A stretch of 64,000 nucleotides of DNA, from positions 1,178,001 through 1,242,000 of the forward strand of contig JABVCE010000008.1 in the NCBI GenBank assembly GCA_014905635.1, read 5' to 3'. The stretch is from Scenedesmus sp. PABB004. Its lineage: Eukaryota. Of the stretch, positions 23,581 to 34,897 are shown piece after piece. The notes under the pieces are model-generated. The model saw only the letters and a program-made list of their open reading frames with translations. It ran no database searches and was not told the origin of the DNA. The first letter of the stretch is position 1. Each line of letters starts with the position of its first letter. The position numbers were made by a program, and so were the translations under genes.

Positions 23581-24382
23581 GGGTTGGCATACCACTGCGC
23601 GGGTCTTGTCGACGGGAACAGGCGGCGCGGCGCCGTCAGCACTTCGCACGCCTGCCCGGTGTGCGTGGGAGCCCGCAGATCACCCCGCGCGCTCTGCACG
23701 TGCCGTGCTGCGACTCTGCACTCCCGGTCAGGCCCCGCTGCCATGCGCGCACACGGGTGGGCGGGGCCGGCCGGCGGGCAGCGGCCACTGCGGGCGCGCG
23801 AGGGCAGAGGCGCCGGCGTGGGGCGCCGCGCCGCCAAGGTCGGGCGCGGAGAGCCGCGGCGCGGCGCTGTCGGGCCCGCCGCCTGACGCGCACGTGCGCT
23901 TCACGGAGCACGCGTGTGCGCGCGCGCACGCGCCAGCCCTCAGCTCCCTGACGCCGCGCCGCAGCCGTATGCACGGCGCGTGCTCAACCCGCTTGGCTGC
24001 CGGCAGCCTCTCGGTGGCGGACACGTGCAGAACTCCCTGCCATGGCCGCGCACCGCTCCATGCGCGCGATGGGCTGGACCTCGCGGTGGCGCTCGCCTCC
24101 GCCCTGTGGCTGCCGCACGCCCCGCGCCCCTCCAGGCCGCCTGCCGCGGCTGCCGCGGCTGCAGGCGTGTCGCCCGACGCGATGTGTCGGGCTGGCCAGC
24201 CCCAACCGTGCGCGTCTGCTCCCGGCCGAGGCAGCTGCAGGAGGACCAGGGGGCAGCGGGCAGGAGCAGACATCGGCCGGCCGGGGGCCAGATCGGCCAG
24301 GTGCGCACGCGCCGCGCAGCCCGACCGGCGCAGTCGTCCTTGCCCTGCCCCGAGCCCCCGGCCGGTTTGACCTTGCGCGCGC

Positions 24383-24714
24383 GGCGGTCATGGGCGCTCG
24401 TGGAGCGTCCCAGCGCCGAACAGCCCGCTCAACTGCGACGCGGGTGCGCCGCCGGCCGCCGCGCGCGCACGCGCGGCGCGGCAGCCCTGCGCGCGGGGCC
24501 GAGCGCCCGCGCCGGCGGCGGCTGGGCCGGCTGCGCCCGGGGCGGCGCACGCGCGCTCACCGCGCGCACCAAGCTCACCGCGCGCCGCCGCCGCGGCGCA
24601 CCGGGGCAGGCAACCTGCTGCGCGGCGGCGACACGCGCGGCTACAACTCGCTGGCCAAGACTCGCTGGCCAAGACACGCTCGAGTGCGCGGCGGCGCCGG
24701 GGCCCGCGGCCTGA
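24383..24714 (+). pseudogene. Degenerate PEX4 exon 4-5 fragment, copy B
   Basis: Same sequence as copy A, shifted 1571 bp. Confidence 0.85.
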
Positions 24715-25080
24715 GCAGGTGGCGCCGGGCCAGCCCGCTGCGCACGGGGGCAGGCGGCGGCGGGGGTTGAGCGTGAGGGGCCAGCAGCACGACCCCCGCC
24801 TGGCTGCTGCGTGCGTGCGTGCGTGCGTGAGTGTGCGCGTGCGTGCGTGCGGCAGCGCTCGCACACCCCGGAGAGCGTGCCCGCCGTCGGCGGCGGCGCG
24901 CTGGAGGCAACTTGCGCTCGGTGGCGGCGATGCACGGTGCGGTGCAGCTCCCCGCCGCCGCCTGCCCGCGTGCACAGGGGGCTGGGGCGCGCGCGGCAGC
25001 CCCCCGGGCCCCCTGATGAGCATGATGACGGGTTTAGGGGCCCCAGCCCGCCTGGCTGGATAAGCCCTAAACCCTAAAAA

Positions 25081-25152
25081 GGGGAACTGGGGGAATCGAA
25101 CCCCCGACCTGTCCGACCCGAACGGACAATCATACCACTAGACCAAGTTCCC
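25081..25152 (-). tRNA. tRNA-Pro(CGG), copy 3
   Basis: Identical to copy 1. Confidence 0.93.
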
Positions 25153-25953
25153 GGGTTGGCATACCACTGCGCGGGTCTTGTCGACGGGAACAGGCGGCGC
25201 GGCGCCGTCAGCACTTCGCACGCCTGCCCGGTGTGCGTGGGAGCCCGCAGATCACCCCGCGCGCTCTGCACGTGCCGTGCTGCGACTCTGCACTCCCGGT
25301 CAGGCCCCGCTGCCATGCGCGCACACGGGTGGGCGGGGCCGGCCGGCGGGCAGCGGCCACTGCGGGCGCGCGAGGGCAGAGGCGCCGGCGTGGGGCGCCG
25401 CGCCGCCAAGGTCGGGCGCGGAGAGCCGCGGCGCGGCGCTGTCGGGCCCGCCGCCTGACGCGCACGTGCGCTTCACGGAGCACGCGTGTGCGCGCGCGCA
25501 CGCGCCAGCCCTCAGCTCCCTGACGCCGCGCCGCAGCCGTATGCACGGCGCGTGCTCAACCCGCTTGGCTGCCGGCAGCCTCTCGGTGGCGGACACGTGC
25601 AGAACTCCCTGCCATGGCCGCGCACCGCTCCATGCGCGCGATGGGCTGGACCTCGCGGTGGCGCTCGCCTCCGCCCTGTGGCTGCCGCACGCCCCGCGCC
25701 CCTCCAGGCCGCCTGCCGCGGCTGCCGCGGCTGCAGGCGTGTCGCCCGACGCGATGTGTCGGGCTGGCCAGCCCCAACCGTGCGCGTCTGCTCCCGGCCG
25801 AGGCAGCTGCAGGAGGACCAGGGGGCAGCGGGCAGGAGCAGACATCGGCCGGCCGGGGCCAGATCGGCCAGGTGCGCACGCGCCGCGCAGCCCGACCGGC
25901 GCAGTCGTCCTTGCCCTGCCCCGAGCCCCCGGCCGGTTTGACCTTGCGCGCGC

Positions 25954-26285
25954 GGCGGTCATGGGCGCTCGTGGAGCGTCCCAGCGCCGAACAGCCCGCT
26001 CAACTGCGACGCGGGTGCGCCGCCGGCCGCCGCGCGCGCACGCGCGGCGCGGCAGCCCTGCGCGCGGGGCCGAGCGCCCGCGCCGGCGGCGGCTGGGCCG
26101 GCTGCGCCCGGGGCGGCGCACGCGCGCTCACCGCGCGCACCAAGCTCACCGCGCGCCGCCGCCGCGGCGCACCGGGGCAGGCAACCTGCTGCGCGGCGGC
26201 GACACGCGCGGCTACAACTCGCTGGCCAAGACTCGCTGGCCAAGACACGCTCGAGTGCGCGGCGGCGCCGGGGCCCGCGGCCTGA
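25954..26285 (+). pseudogene. Degenerate PEX4 exon 4-5 fragment, copy C
   Basis: Same sequence as copy A, shifted two units. Confidence 0.85.
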
Positions 26286-26651
26286 GCAGGTGGCGCCGGG
26301 CCAGCCCGCTGCGCACGGGGGCAGGCGGCGGCGGGGGTTGAGCGTGAGGGGCCAGCAGCACGACCCCCGCCTGGCTGCTGCGTGCGTGCGTGCGTGCGTG
26401 AGTGTGCGCGTGCGTGCGTGCGGCAGCGCTCGCACACCCCGGAGAGCGTGCCCGCCGTCGGCGGCGGCGCGCTGGAGGCAACTTGCGCTCGGTGGCGGCG
26501 ATGCACGGTGCGGTGCAGCTCCCCGCCGCCGCCTGCCCGCGTGCACAGGGGGCTGGGGCGCGCGCGGCAGCCCCCCGGGCCCCCTGATGAGCATGATGAC
26601 GGGTTTAGGGGCCCCAGCCCGCCTGGCTGGATAAGCCCTAAACCCTAAAAA

Positions 26652-26723
26652 GGGGAACTGGGGGAATCGAACCCCCGACCTGTCCGACCCGAACGGACAA
26701 TCATACCACTAGACCAAGTTCCC
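26652..26723 (-). tRNA. tRNA-Pro(CGG), copy 4 (AT-rich upstream flank)
   Basis: Identical to copy 1; upstream flank diverges from the other copies beyond position -21. Confidence 0.93.
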
Positions 26724-26744
26724 GGGTTGGCATGCCACTGCGCG

Positions 26745-26935
26745 TGATTGTAAGAATCATAAACGCTGTTTGTCAAACGTTCATTTTTCGCGGACCACCG
26801 TTGTTTTGCCCCGAAAACGCGTGGAAACGATGGCGAACGTCGACCCAGAAATTAGGGGGAAAATTCCCACCGCGCGAAAAATAACACATTGAAAATGAAA
26901 AGAAACAGAACAGTACAAGAAACACAAACACACAA
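26745..26935. promoter_or_regulatory. AT-rich island with an inverted pair of E2F-like motifs; candidate regulatory region
   Basis: Sharp drop in GC; TTTTTCGCGG at 26784-26793 and CCGCGCGAAAAA at 26870-26881; ACGCGT at 26817; TGTAA at 26749. Confidence 0.4.
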
Positions 26936-26993
26936 AGCGGGGCGGCATGCGGTGGCAGCAGCGCGAGCGGCAGCAGCAGCCGGACGGGCGCCA

Positions 26994-27053
26994 CGGCGGC
27001 CGCGAGGGCGGCCGCGACGGCGGCCGCGACGGCGGCCGCGACGGCGCCGCGAC
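26994..27053 (+). repeat. 12-bp minisatellite (GGCGGCCGCGAC), about 4-5 copies
   Basis: Direct inspection. Confidence 0.7.
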
Positions 27054-27721
27054 AGCTGCCTGCAGGGGCCCGAGCGAGCCGGAGCCCGCGCGCTCGGCGA
27101 CGGCCACGACAGGAGCGACAGCGCCAGCAGCACCTGCGGCACCTGCGGCAGCAGCGGCAGCAGCCGCTGGGGCCGCGCCCGCGGGCGCCGCCCCTGCGCC
27201 GCGGCCTTGTGCGGCTCGTGCTCCCGCAGCCGCCGCCGACGCCGTGCGGCGGGCCGGCCCGGGCCGCCCATCGGCGCTCCCCTCCGCTTCCGTCGCTCGG
27301 CGCAGCGCTGCCAGCAGCCTGCGTCAGCCGCGGCGGCGCTGCCGACGGTGGCCCTGGGCGCCGCTGCGCCGCAAGGGCCCAGAGCTGCGGTCATACGCAG
27401 GCGCCGCCGGCCACGGCCCGAGGCGCGCGGGCGCCTGCGCGCGCAGGAGCCAGGAAGGTGGCGGCGAGGTTGGCTGCATTGCGGCCAAGCGCCGCCGCCA
27501 TCGCCGCCGCCGCGACCAGGCGCTTGGCGGCACGCGCCGCCAGAGCCCGGGCGCGGTTCAGCGAGCGTCGCGCGTGGGCCGAACCTGCAGGGACGGCACC
27601 AGACGCGCGGGTGCGCAGCACCTGACGCTGCCCCTCTGCCAGCCGCTGACGCTCCCCCGCTGCACACGGCCGCCGCCCGCCGCCGGCGCTGAGCGATCCG
27701 TCGCTGCCGCCGGTCGGCCGC

Positions 27722-29800
27722 ATGCTGCGGGCGTGCCTGCTGAACGGAATCGCGGCCGCTAACCTCGTCGCGCGCCGGGCGGGCGCGCCCCGCCGGCCGG
27801 CGCCCGCAGCAGCAGCAGCAGCGGCGGCGGGCATGGCCGGCGCCGCCGGCGCCGGCCCCAGGCGCGAGGTGGCCGTGGTGGGCGGCGGCGTGGCGGGGCT
27901 GCACGCCGCGCAGGTGCTGGTCCGGGCGGGGCACGCGGTCACGGTGTTCGACATGGGGCGCCACGCGCCGGGTGCGGCAGGCGCCGCTGCTGCCGCCGGC
28001 GCGGGCGGCGCGGCTGCCCGGCCCGCCGGCGCCGCCGACGGCGCCGCCGCGCCGCGCCGCGCCAGGCGGCCGGCTCACGACGCGGCGCACCTCGTGGAAG
28101 GGGCTCCAGTTTGACCACGGCTGCCAGTTCGTGCGCCCCTCGAGCGAGGCGTTTGCCGCGATCTGCGACGACTGGCTCGCCGCGGGCGCGCTCGCGCGCT
28201 GGGACGGCGGCGTCGTGCGCTTCGACGCGCGCAGCGGCGCCGTCACGCCCCGCGACGACCTGCCGCCGGGCCAGCGGCAGCCGGGCGCCGCCGGGTGAGC
28301 CCGCGCGGCGCCGCCGCAGCAGCGGCAGTGGCGGCGGGGGCGGCGCGGCGCGGCCGCCGAGCCGCCCGCCCGTGTGCGCGCGCACGCGCAGCTTTCTGGA
28401 CGTGCTGGCGCCGGGGCAGCTCTTTGTCGGCACTCCTTCGAGCGACGCGGTCACGCAGCACCTGGCGGCCGCGTCGGGCGCGGCCGTGCGCAACGACGTG
28501 CGGGTGCGCGCCGCGTGCGCTGCGAGCGCCGGCGCGGCCGCGCCGCCGCGCTCGCGCCCGCCGGCCGACGCCGGGCCGTGCGCGGCGCGCCCGTGGCGGC
28601 AGGTCTCCAAGGCGGTGTGGGACGCGCACAGCCGCAAGTGGGTGCTGGAGGGCCCGCTGCGCACGCCGTCGCGCAGCCTGGTGGACATCAAGGCCCAGCC
28701 CCCGGGCACGCCCTGGAACCTGGGCGTGTTTGACGGCCTGCTGCTGGCGGACAAGATGACCGGCTGCCCGGGTGCGGCGCAGCAGCGCAGCAGCGGAGCG
28801 GCAGCAGCGGCCGCGCGCGCGCAGCCCGGCGCGCGCGCCGACGCGGCCGCGCCCGGGCGCGCGCGCGCAGGCACGCCGGGGTTTGTCGAGCTCAGCGGCA
28901 GCAGCGCCGGCGCCAAGCTGCTGGCGGCGCTGGCGGGCGTGGGGTCGACGCCCATGCTCGCGCTGCTGCTGGGCTACCAGCCGCAGGAGGTGCCGCTCGA
29001 GCAGCAGGCGGCGGGTGCGGCCGCGCCGCACGCGGCGCCGCGCGGCCGGCTGGCCGGCCGGCCTTAGCCACCGCGCTCGCCGCCGCGCTCGCCGCCGCAC
29101 TCGCCGTCGGACGCCGGCGCTCGCCGCGCTCGCCGCCCGCCGCCGGTGCGCAGGCGGGGCGCCCGCGGCGCCGCTGCTGTCGCTGCCGTTTGACGCCGCG
29201 GCGGTGGTCAACTCGGACGAGATCCAGTGGGTGGCTGTGGACTCGGCCAAGCCGGTGCGCGCACGCAGCGCGCGGCCGGTCGGCGCCCCAGCGCGGTCGG
29301 CGCCCCAGCGCGGTCGGCACCCCGCCGCCGGCGCCCCAGCACCGCCGCCGGCCGCCTGCGCGCGCCGACTCGCGGGCCCGCGCCGCCCACGCACCCGCGC
29401 GCAGGGCCGCGCGCGCGCCGACGGCATGCAGGCGGTCGTCGCGCTCGCGACGGCGGGGTTTGCCGAGTCGCTGCTCGAGTGCAACGCCGACGGCTCGCTG
29501 CCGCCGCAGACGCCCGAGCTGCTCGCGCGGCTGGTGCCGCCGATGTTTGACGCGCTCGGCCGCGCGCTCGCGCCGCTCCTGCGCGGCGGCGCGGGCGGGC
29601 GGCTGCCGGAGCCCGCGTTTGTGCAGGTGCACCGCTGGGGCAGCGCGCTGCCGGCGCGCCCGCTCGGCGCGCCCTGCCTCACCGCCGACAGCGCGGCGCT
29701 CGCCGCCGGCGGCGACTTTTGCCTCAGCGGCGGCGTGGAGGGCGCGGTGCTGTCCGCGCAGGCGGCGGCCGAGGCGCTCGACGCGATGCTGCGCGCGTGA
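27722..29800 (+). CDS. Renalase-like FAD/NAD(P)-binding oxidoreductase (multi-exon)
   Basis: VAVVGGGVAGL..FDMGRHAPGGRLTTRR, FDHGCQF, IQWVAVDSAKP, VHRWGSALP, GDFCLSGGVEGAVLSAQAAA. Confidence 0.88.
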
Positions 29801-30060
29801 TTGGAAACCCCGGCGACGTCACCGCGCCGCGCCGCGCTGCCGTGCCAGGCCCCCGCGCCCAGACGCCGCACTCCCAGCCGCACGACCGCCAGGCCCCGCG
29901 CCCGCACACCCGCACGAGGCGCGCCGCCGCGGCCCGTCGCGCCGCGCGCGCTCCCGAGCGCCCTCCCGGGCGCCTGACGCACCCCTCGACGCGCCCATGC
30001 GCGCCTGACGCGACGCGTCTGGCGCCGCCGGTGGCTAGCGGCGCCGGCGCAACTACGAAA

Positions 30061-31512
30061 ATGCACCGCGACGCCGCCGACGCGGTGGTCGACCTGACGC
30101 AGCTGGCCGGCAGCTCGCCCTCGTCCGACTCTCGCCCGCCCCCTGCGCTGTGTCAGTGGCAGCTGGGCGGCGCGCCACCGGGCGGCAGCCAGCTGCTGCG
30201 TCCGGGCGTGCAGCCGCTGGCGGCGCACAGCAACGCCCCGCCGCTGGCCCAGCCCGCCCTGGCGGCGGGGGGCGGGGCGGTGCGCCGCTCGGCGCCAACC
30301 TTCGTCACGCGCGGCCACGCCGGCGTGGCGCCCTGGGCGGCCGAGAGCGAGCGCGCACTGAGCAGCGCAGCCACGCGCAAGCGCGCGCGCGGCGACGCGG
30401 CGGCGGCAGGCCCGCCAGCTGGCGCCGCGGGGCCGGCGCCGGCAGCTGTCGGCGTGGCTGCAGCGGCGGCTGCTGCGGCAGCCGCAGCAGCCGCTGCCGC
30501 CGCTGCCAGCGCGGAGGGCACGGCAGCGGCCGCCGGCGCCCTGGCGCGGTCGGGCAGCGAGGCGAGCCATGCGCCGCCGCGGCGGCGCATGGCCGAGGAG
30601 CAGGAGCTGCTGCGCGCGGCGCAGCTGGCGCTGCAGGGCCCTGCAGCAATTGTCGCTGCGGGGCGAGCCCCACCGTCGGCGCCGCCTGGGCCGGCACCAG
30701 CGCAGGCGGCCCAGCACCGTGGTGCCGCCAGCCAGCTGCAGCCGCCGCTGCCCGCGCTGCCGGAGCAGCAGCCTGCCGCAGCCGACCGCGACGCGCGCAG
30801 GCGGCTCAGCAACCGCGAGGCCGCGCGCAAGGCACGGCAGCGCAAGGCGGCATGGGTGGAGGGGCTGCAAGAGCAGCTCAACGCCAGCAGCGAGCGCGCG
30901 GCCGCGCTCGCGTCGCACGCAGACTGCGCGGCGCGCGCGGCTGCGGTGGCGGCGGCGGACAACGCGACGCTGAGCGCCGAGGCTGCGGGGCTGCGCGCGG
31001 AGGCCGCGGCGCTGCGCGCCGAGGTCTGGCGGCTGCGTGCGCAGCTCGCTGTCGCCCGCAGCAGCGCGGCGGCGGCGGCAGCGGCTGGAGGGCCAGCCGC
31101 CGCAGCGGCCGCCGCAGCCGCGGCTGCCGCTGCGGCGCGCGCGCTCGGCAGCGCCGCCGAGCTGCCGGGCGCTGGTGGGCAACCCGTGCCGTGCGGCCCC
31201 CGCGCGCTTGGCGGGGTGGCGGGGCCAGGTGGGCAGGTGGGCCGCATGCGTGGCAGCTCGACAGAGCGACCCCAGCCAGCCGCCGGCCCTGGCGCAGCCG
31301 CCGCGGCCCGCCCGGCCAGCCCGCAGCTGCTGCACCGCCTGTCGGCGCTGGTGAGCGCGCCGGCCGGCCCTGCGCGGCCGGCCGGCGCCCAGGGGCAGGC
31401 AAGGTCTGGCTTGGCCGGCGGTGGCGGCGCGGCAGCCGCGGCGCCGCGGGCGGCAGCGCCGGAGCTCCCCGCGGGGAGCTCCAGCGGCGCCTCGGCCGAG
31501 GCGCCGCCGTGA
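30061..31512 (+). CDS. bZIP transcription factor (intronless; reading frame stays open past the TGA to 31932)
   Basis: Basic region RRRLSNREAARKARQRKAAWVEGLQEQL followed by heptad leucines (NATLSAEAAGLRAEAAALRAEVWRLRAQL). Confidence 0.8.
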   Translation: MHRDAADAVVDLTQLAGSSPSSDSRPPPALCQWQLGGAPPGGSQLLRPGVQPLAAHSNAPPLAQPALAAGGGAVRRSAPTFVTRGHAGVAPWAAESERALSSAATRKRARGDAAAAGPPAGAAGPAPAAVGVAAAAAAAAAAAAAAAAASAEGTAAAAGALARSGSEASHAPPRRRMAEEQELLRAAQLALQGPAAIVAAGRAPPSAPPGPAPAQAAQHRGAASQLQPPLPALPEQQPAAADRDARRRLSNREAARKARQRKAAWVEGLQEQLNASSERAAALASHADCAARAAAVAAADNATLSAEAAGLRAEAAALRAEVWRLRAQLAVARSSAAAAAAAGGPAAAAAAAAAAAAAARALGSAAELPGAGGQPVPCGPRALGGVAGPGGQVGRMRGSSTERPQPAAGPGAAAAARPASPQLLHRLSALVSAPAGPARPAGAQGQARSGLAGGGGAAAAAPRAAAPELPAGSSSGASAEAPP

Positions 31513-32082
31513 GCGGGGCCGAGCACTCGTCAGCCACAGCCGCTGCTGCCGGTGTCGCCGCTGGTGCTGCCCGAGCTGCCCCCCGCGAGCGCGGCAGGCG
31601 CGCCAGGCCCCGGAGAGCTGCTGCTGCTGCGCTGGCTGGCCCTGGTGGGGCCGGCCTGCACCGAGCAGCCCGCACGCGGTGGCGGCGGCGTGCAGGTGCC
31701 AGCGCCAGAAGCTGGCGGCGGTGCAGCGGAGGGGGGCAGCGTCAGCCTCGCGCCCCTGCCCCTGCCGCCGGCGCCCGCAGCCGTCGTGGCGCCCGCGCAC
31801 AGCCCGAGCGCGCAGCAGCTGCTGGCGCAGCAGCTGGCGCAGCTTCGGGCGCCACGCGCTGCTGTTGCTGAGCCCGCTGCGGGCGAGGCGCAGCCGCTGC
31901 CGGGCGGCGGCGAGACCAGGCTGCCAGGCTGAGCGAGCGGGCGGCTGCGCGGCGAGAACCCAGGGCAGTGTTGGCGTTGGGTTGCAAAGCGCTCGTTTGC
32001 TTGGCCGGCATTGCCTGGCCCGAGCCCCAGCGCGCGCTGGGTCCGAAAGCGCGCAGCGCGCGTCGCACCGCCGTGGCTGAGC

Positions 32083-34897
32083 TCACGCCGCCCTGCGCGA
32101 GGAGCGCCGCGTCGACCGCGTGGCCACGCCGCCGCCCTCGTCAGCGCTGTCCGGCTGCTGCGGGGCCGTGGCGGCGGGCGTCTGCTGCGCCTGCTCCTCG
32201 GAGGCCGTGGTCGCCGCCCGGCGCGCCCCCTTGCGCGCTGTGGCGGGCGGCGGCTCCGCCTCATCATCCCCGCTCCCGCCGGCGTCCGGCTTGGCCGCCG
32301 CCTGCTTCTTCGCCGCCGCGCGCTGCTCCCGCAGCTGCGCCCTGAACTGCCTGTCCTCCTGCTCCGCTGCCTCGTCCGCCGCGCGCTCGGCCTCGTCTTC
32401 GCCCGGGACGGCCTGCGGGCGGGGCCACGCGGCGCGTGAGCTGGGGACCCCCCACCGCCCCGCGCGCTGGATCCCCGACGCCCGACCTTGGCACCCAGCC
32501 ACGCGCGCGCCGCGGCCGCCAGGAGCGCCGCGAGCGCCGACGCCGCGAGCAGGGCCCACGCCGCCTCGGGCGCCGCAGCGAGCGCGTCCAGCGCGGGCTG
32601 CAGGCCCAGCGCCTCCCGTGCCGGCGCGATCAGCGGCGACTCCGCGGCGTCCAGCAGGCGGTTGGCCGCCCAGTGGCGCAGACCGGGCGGCCGGCTCGCG
32701 TCGCGCGCCTCCGCCATGGCAGCCGCGTACTGCGCGGTCGGCGGCGGCGCGTGAGCCGCCCGCCTCCCCGGCGCGCGCGCCGCGCCGCGCCGCGCCCGCA
32801 CACGCCCCGCCCCCCTTTCCCCGCATGCCCCCGCGCGGCGGCGGCGGCGGCAGCGCGCGGGCTGACCTCGGCGGTGTGCCGCGGGCGCCAGGTGTGGCGC
32901 AGGTACGCCCCCGCCGCGGCGAGGCCCTCGTCGCCGCGGCCGAGCAGCACGCTGTCAAAGGTGTAGCCCGGCTCGGTCGTCCACAGCTCAAACGCCACGG
33001 CCACGACCGGCCGCAGCGTCGCGAGCGGCGCGTCGGCCTTGAAGTGCGCGGGGTTGGGCACCATGCGCTGCACCCAGGGGCCCTGCGCGCACACGCCAGG
33101 GCGGCCGGGCGGCGGCGGCTCGCCGGCCCTCGCCCGCGCCCGTGGCGCCGCCGCCGCCGCGGCAGCGTGGCGCCGCGCCCGCACCTTGTAGTTTGGGTTG
33201 GGCACCTGCGGCGGGATCCAGGGCCCCTTGTAGCGCGGATTCTTCACGCGCGGCGCGCTCCACGGCCCGCACCCCGGCGCGTCGTCGCAGCGCGGGTTGG
33301 GCACGGTCGGCTGCACCCACTCGCCGTCGGCGGCGGCGTCCCAGTCGTCCGGCCGGGCCGCGTCGGGGTCGGGCAGCCGCAGCGGCTCGTCGTCCAGCCA
33401 GCCCTCGGGCTTGGTCGCGTGCGGGTCGGGCACGAGGCGCCGGTCGTCCCAGCCCTCCGGCTTCACCGCGGCCGGGTCGTCCATGCTGCGCGCGGCGCGG
33501 CGCAGCGCCGCGTCGGCGCGCCCCGCCGGCCCCGCGCACGCCGCCGCCCGCCGCGCGGTCCCCACGCCCCGCGCGCCCGCCCCCGCTGGGCGCCGCGCAC
33601 GTGTCCTCCTCCGCCCAGTCGTCGGGCTTGACGTGCTCCGGGTCGGGCAGCTCCTCCGGCGGCTGCAGCGGCGGGCTGAAGTTGGCCGCCGTGAGCGCGC
33701 CGGAGCCCTTCTCAACGCCATCAATCAGCACCTTGTACCTGCGGGCAGGCGGCCGGGGCGGGGGCGGGGGGCGCACGCGTGCACTCAGGCGCCGCGCACG
33801 CTGTGTGCCGCGCGGCCGCCGGCGCGGGCGGGGGCGCCGGCCCTGCCTGGGCAGCGGCGGCGGCGGCGCGTCCGCGTCCGCGTCCGTCGCGCGCCGCGCG
33901 CCTGTGGTTTGCGTGCAAGACGAGCGTGTAGACGTGGGTGAGGTTGTCGTCCTTTGGCGCCGGCGCGGACATGAGGTGGTGCTCGGTCGCGGCGCCGGTC
34001 ACGGGGTTGGTGCTGGTGACGATGACGTGGACCTGGCAGGGTGTTGGCAGGGTGTTGGCGGGGGCGGGGAGGGGGCGTCGCGCGCCTGGCGCGCTGCCCA
34101 CGCCCACGGCCACGCCCCCACGCCCGGGCGCCGCGGGCGCCGCACCCGGCTGTCGGGGCCGCAGCGGTCGGGGCCGAACATGACGCTGAAGGGCGTGGCC
34201 GCCTTGAGCCGGCGCGGCATGAAGGCCTCGCCCGCCGGCGGCTGCGCGGCCGCGCGCGCGGAGCCGTGTGCGCGCCGCGTCAGCAGCCGGCTGCTTCGCG
34301 CGCGCCGCGCCGGGGCTGCCGCGGCTGTCGGCGCGGCGCGGCCGTCGGCGCCGCTGCGCCGGCGGCCGCGGGGCGCGCGCCTGCGAGAGCAGCTTGAGGT
34401 AGGCGCCGCCGCAGGTGTGGCCGCGCGCAAACTTGACCTCGTACTGCAGCACCAGCCCCTCCGACGGCGACAGCGGGCCGGGCAGCGGCGCGGTCAGGCC
34501 GTAGTGCAGGTTGCCGCCGCTCATCTGCGCCAGGGCGCGGCGGCGGTTGGCGGTTGGCGCGCCGCGGCGCTGCTGCCGCGCGCGTCGCGCGGCTGGCAGC
34601 GCGCCGACTGCGCAGCAGCGCGCCTCGCCGGCCTCTCGCGCCGCTGCGTGGGCCGGGCGGCCCAGCGCGCGCCCGGCGTGCCTGGATGGCGGTGTCCTGG
34701 AAGCCCGGCGGCTGCACCGTCGAGAACACGCCCTTGTAGCGCTTGATGCCGCTGTAATGCCAGCGCTCCGGCCACCCAGGCCCAAAGGACTCGAAGAAGA
34801 ACGCGCCCGCCGGGGCCTCGGCCCGGCCCGCGCCCGCGGCGGCGGCACGCGCGGCGCCGACGATGGCGAGCAGCAGCAGCGACGCCCGCCACGCCAT
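32083..34897 (-). CDS. CNX: Calnexin (9 exons)
   Basis: Signal peptide, LVLQYEVKF..CGGAYLKLL, FSVMFGPDRCG, P-domain repeats (KPDDW, KPEGW, RPDDW; GEW, GPW), FELWT, hydrophobic TM segment, acidic/basic tail. Confidence 0.92.

Larger units (their letters stand above)
21242..26744. repeat. Tandem array, unit about 1571 bp, about 3.5 units (PEX4 3' fragment + 3' flank + telomeric hairpin + tRNA-Pro + spacer of about 780 bp)
   Basis: tRNA 5' ends recur at 22009, 23580, 25152 and 26723. The ORF track repeats with the same period. Identity ends at 26744. Confidence 0.95.

Noticed and set aside
21242..26744. CRISPR array, or transposon/SINE array
   Set aside because: No short repeat with variable spacers, no transposase or RT, no target-site duplications or tails; the tRNA is a full cloverleaf followed directly by a terminator.
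26947..27762. Possible small gene containing GGRD repeats
   Set aside because: Low complexity, no domain and no splice support; the repeat is explained by a 12-bp minisatellite.
31510..31512. Selenocysteine codon in the bZIP gene
   Set aside because: Low-complexity, non-redox context and no SECIS element recognised.
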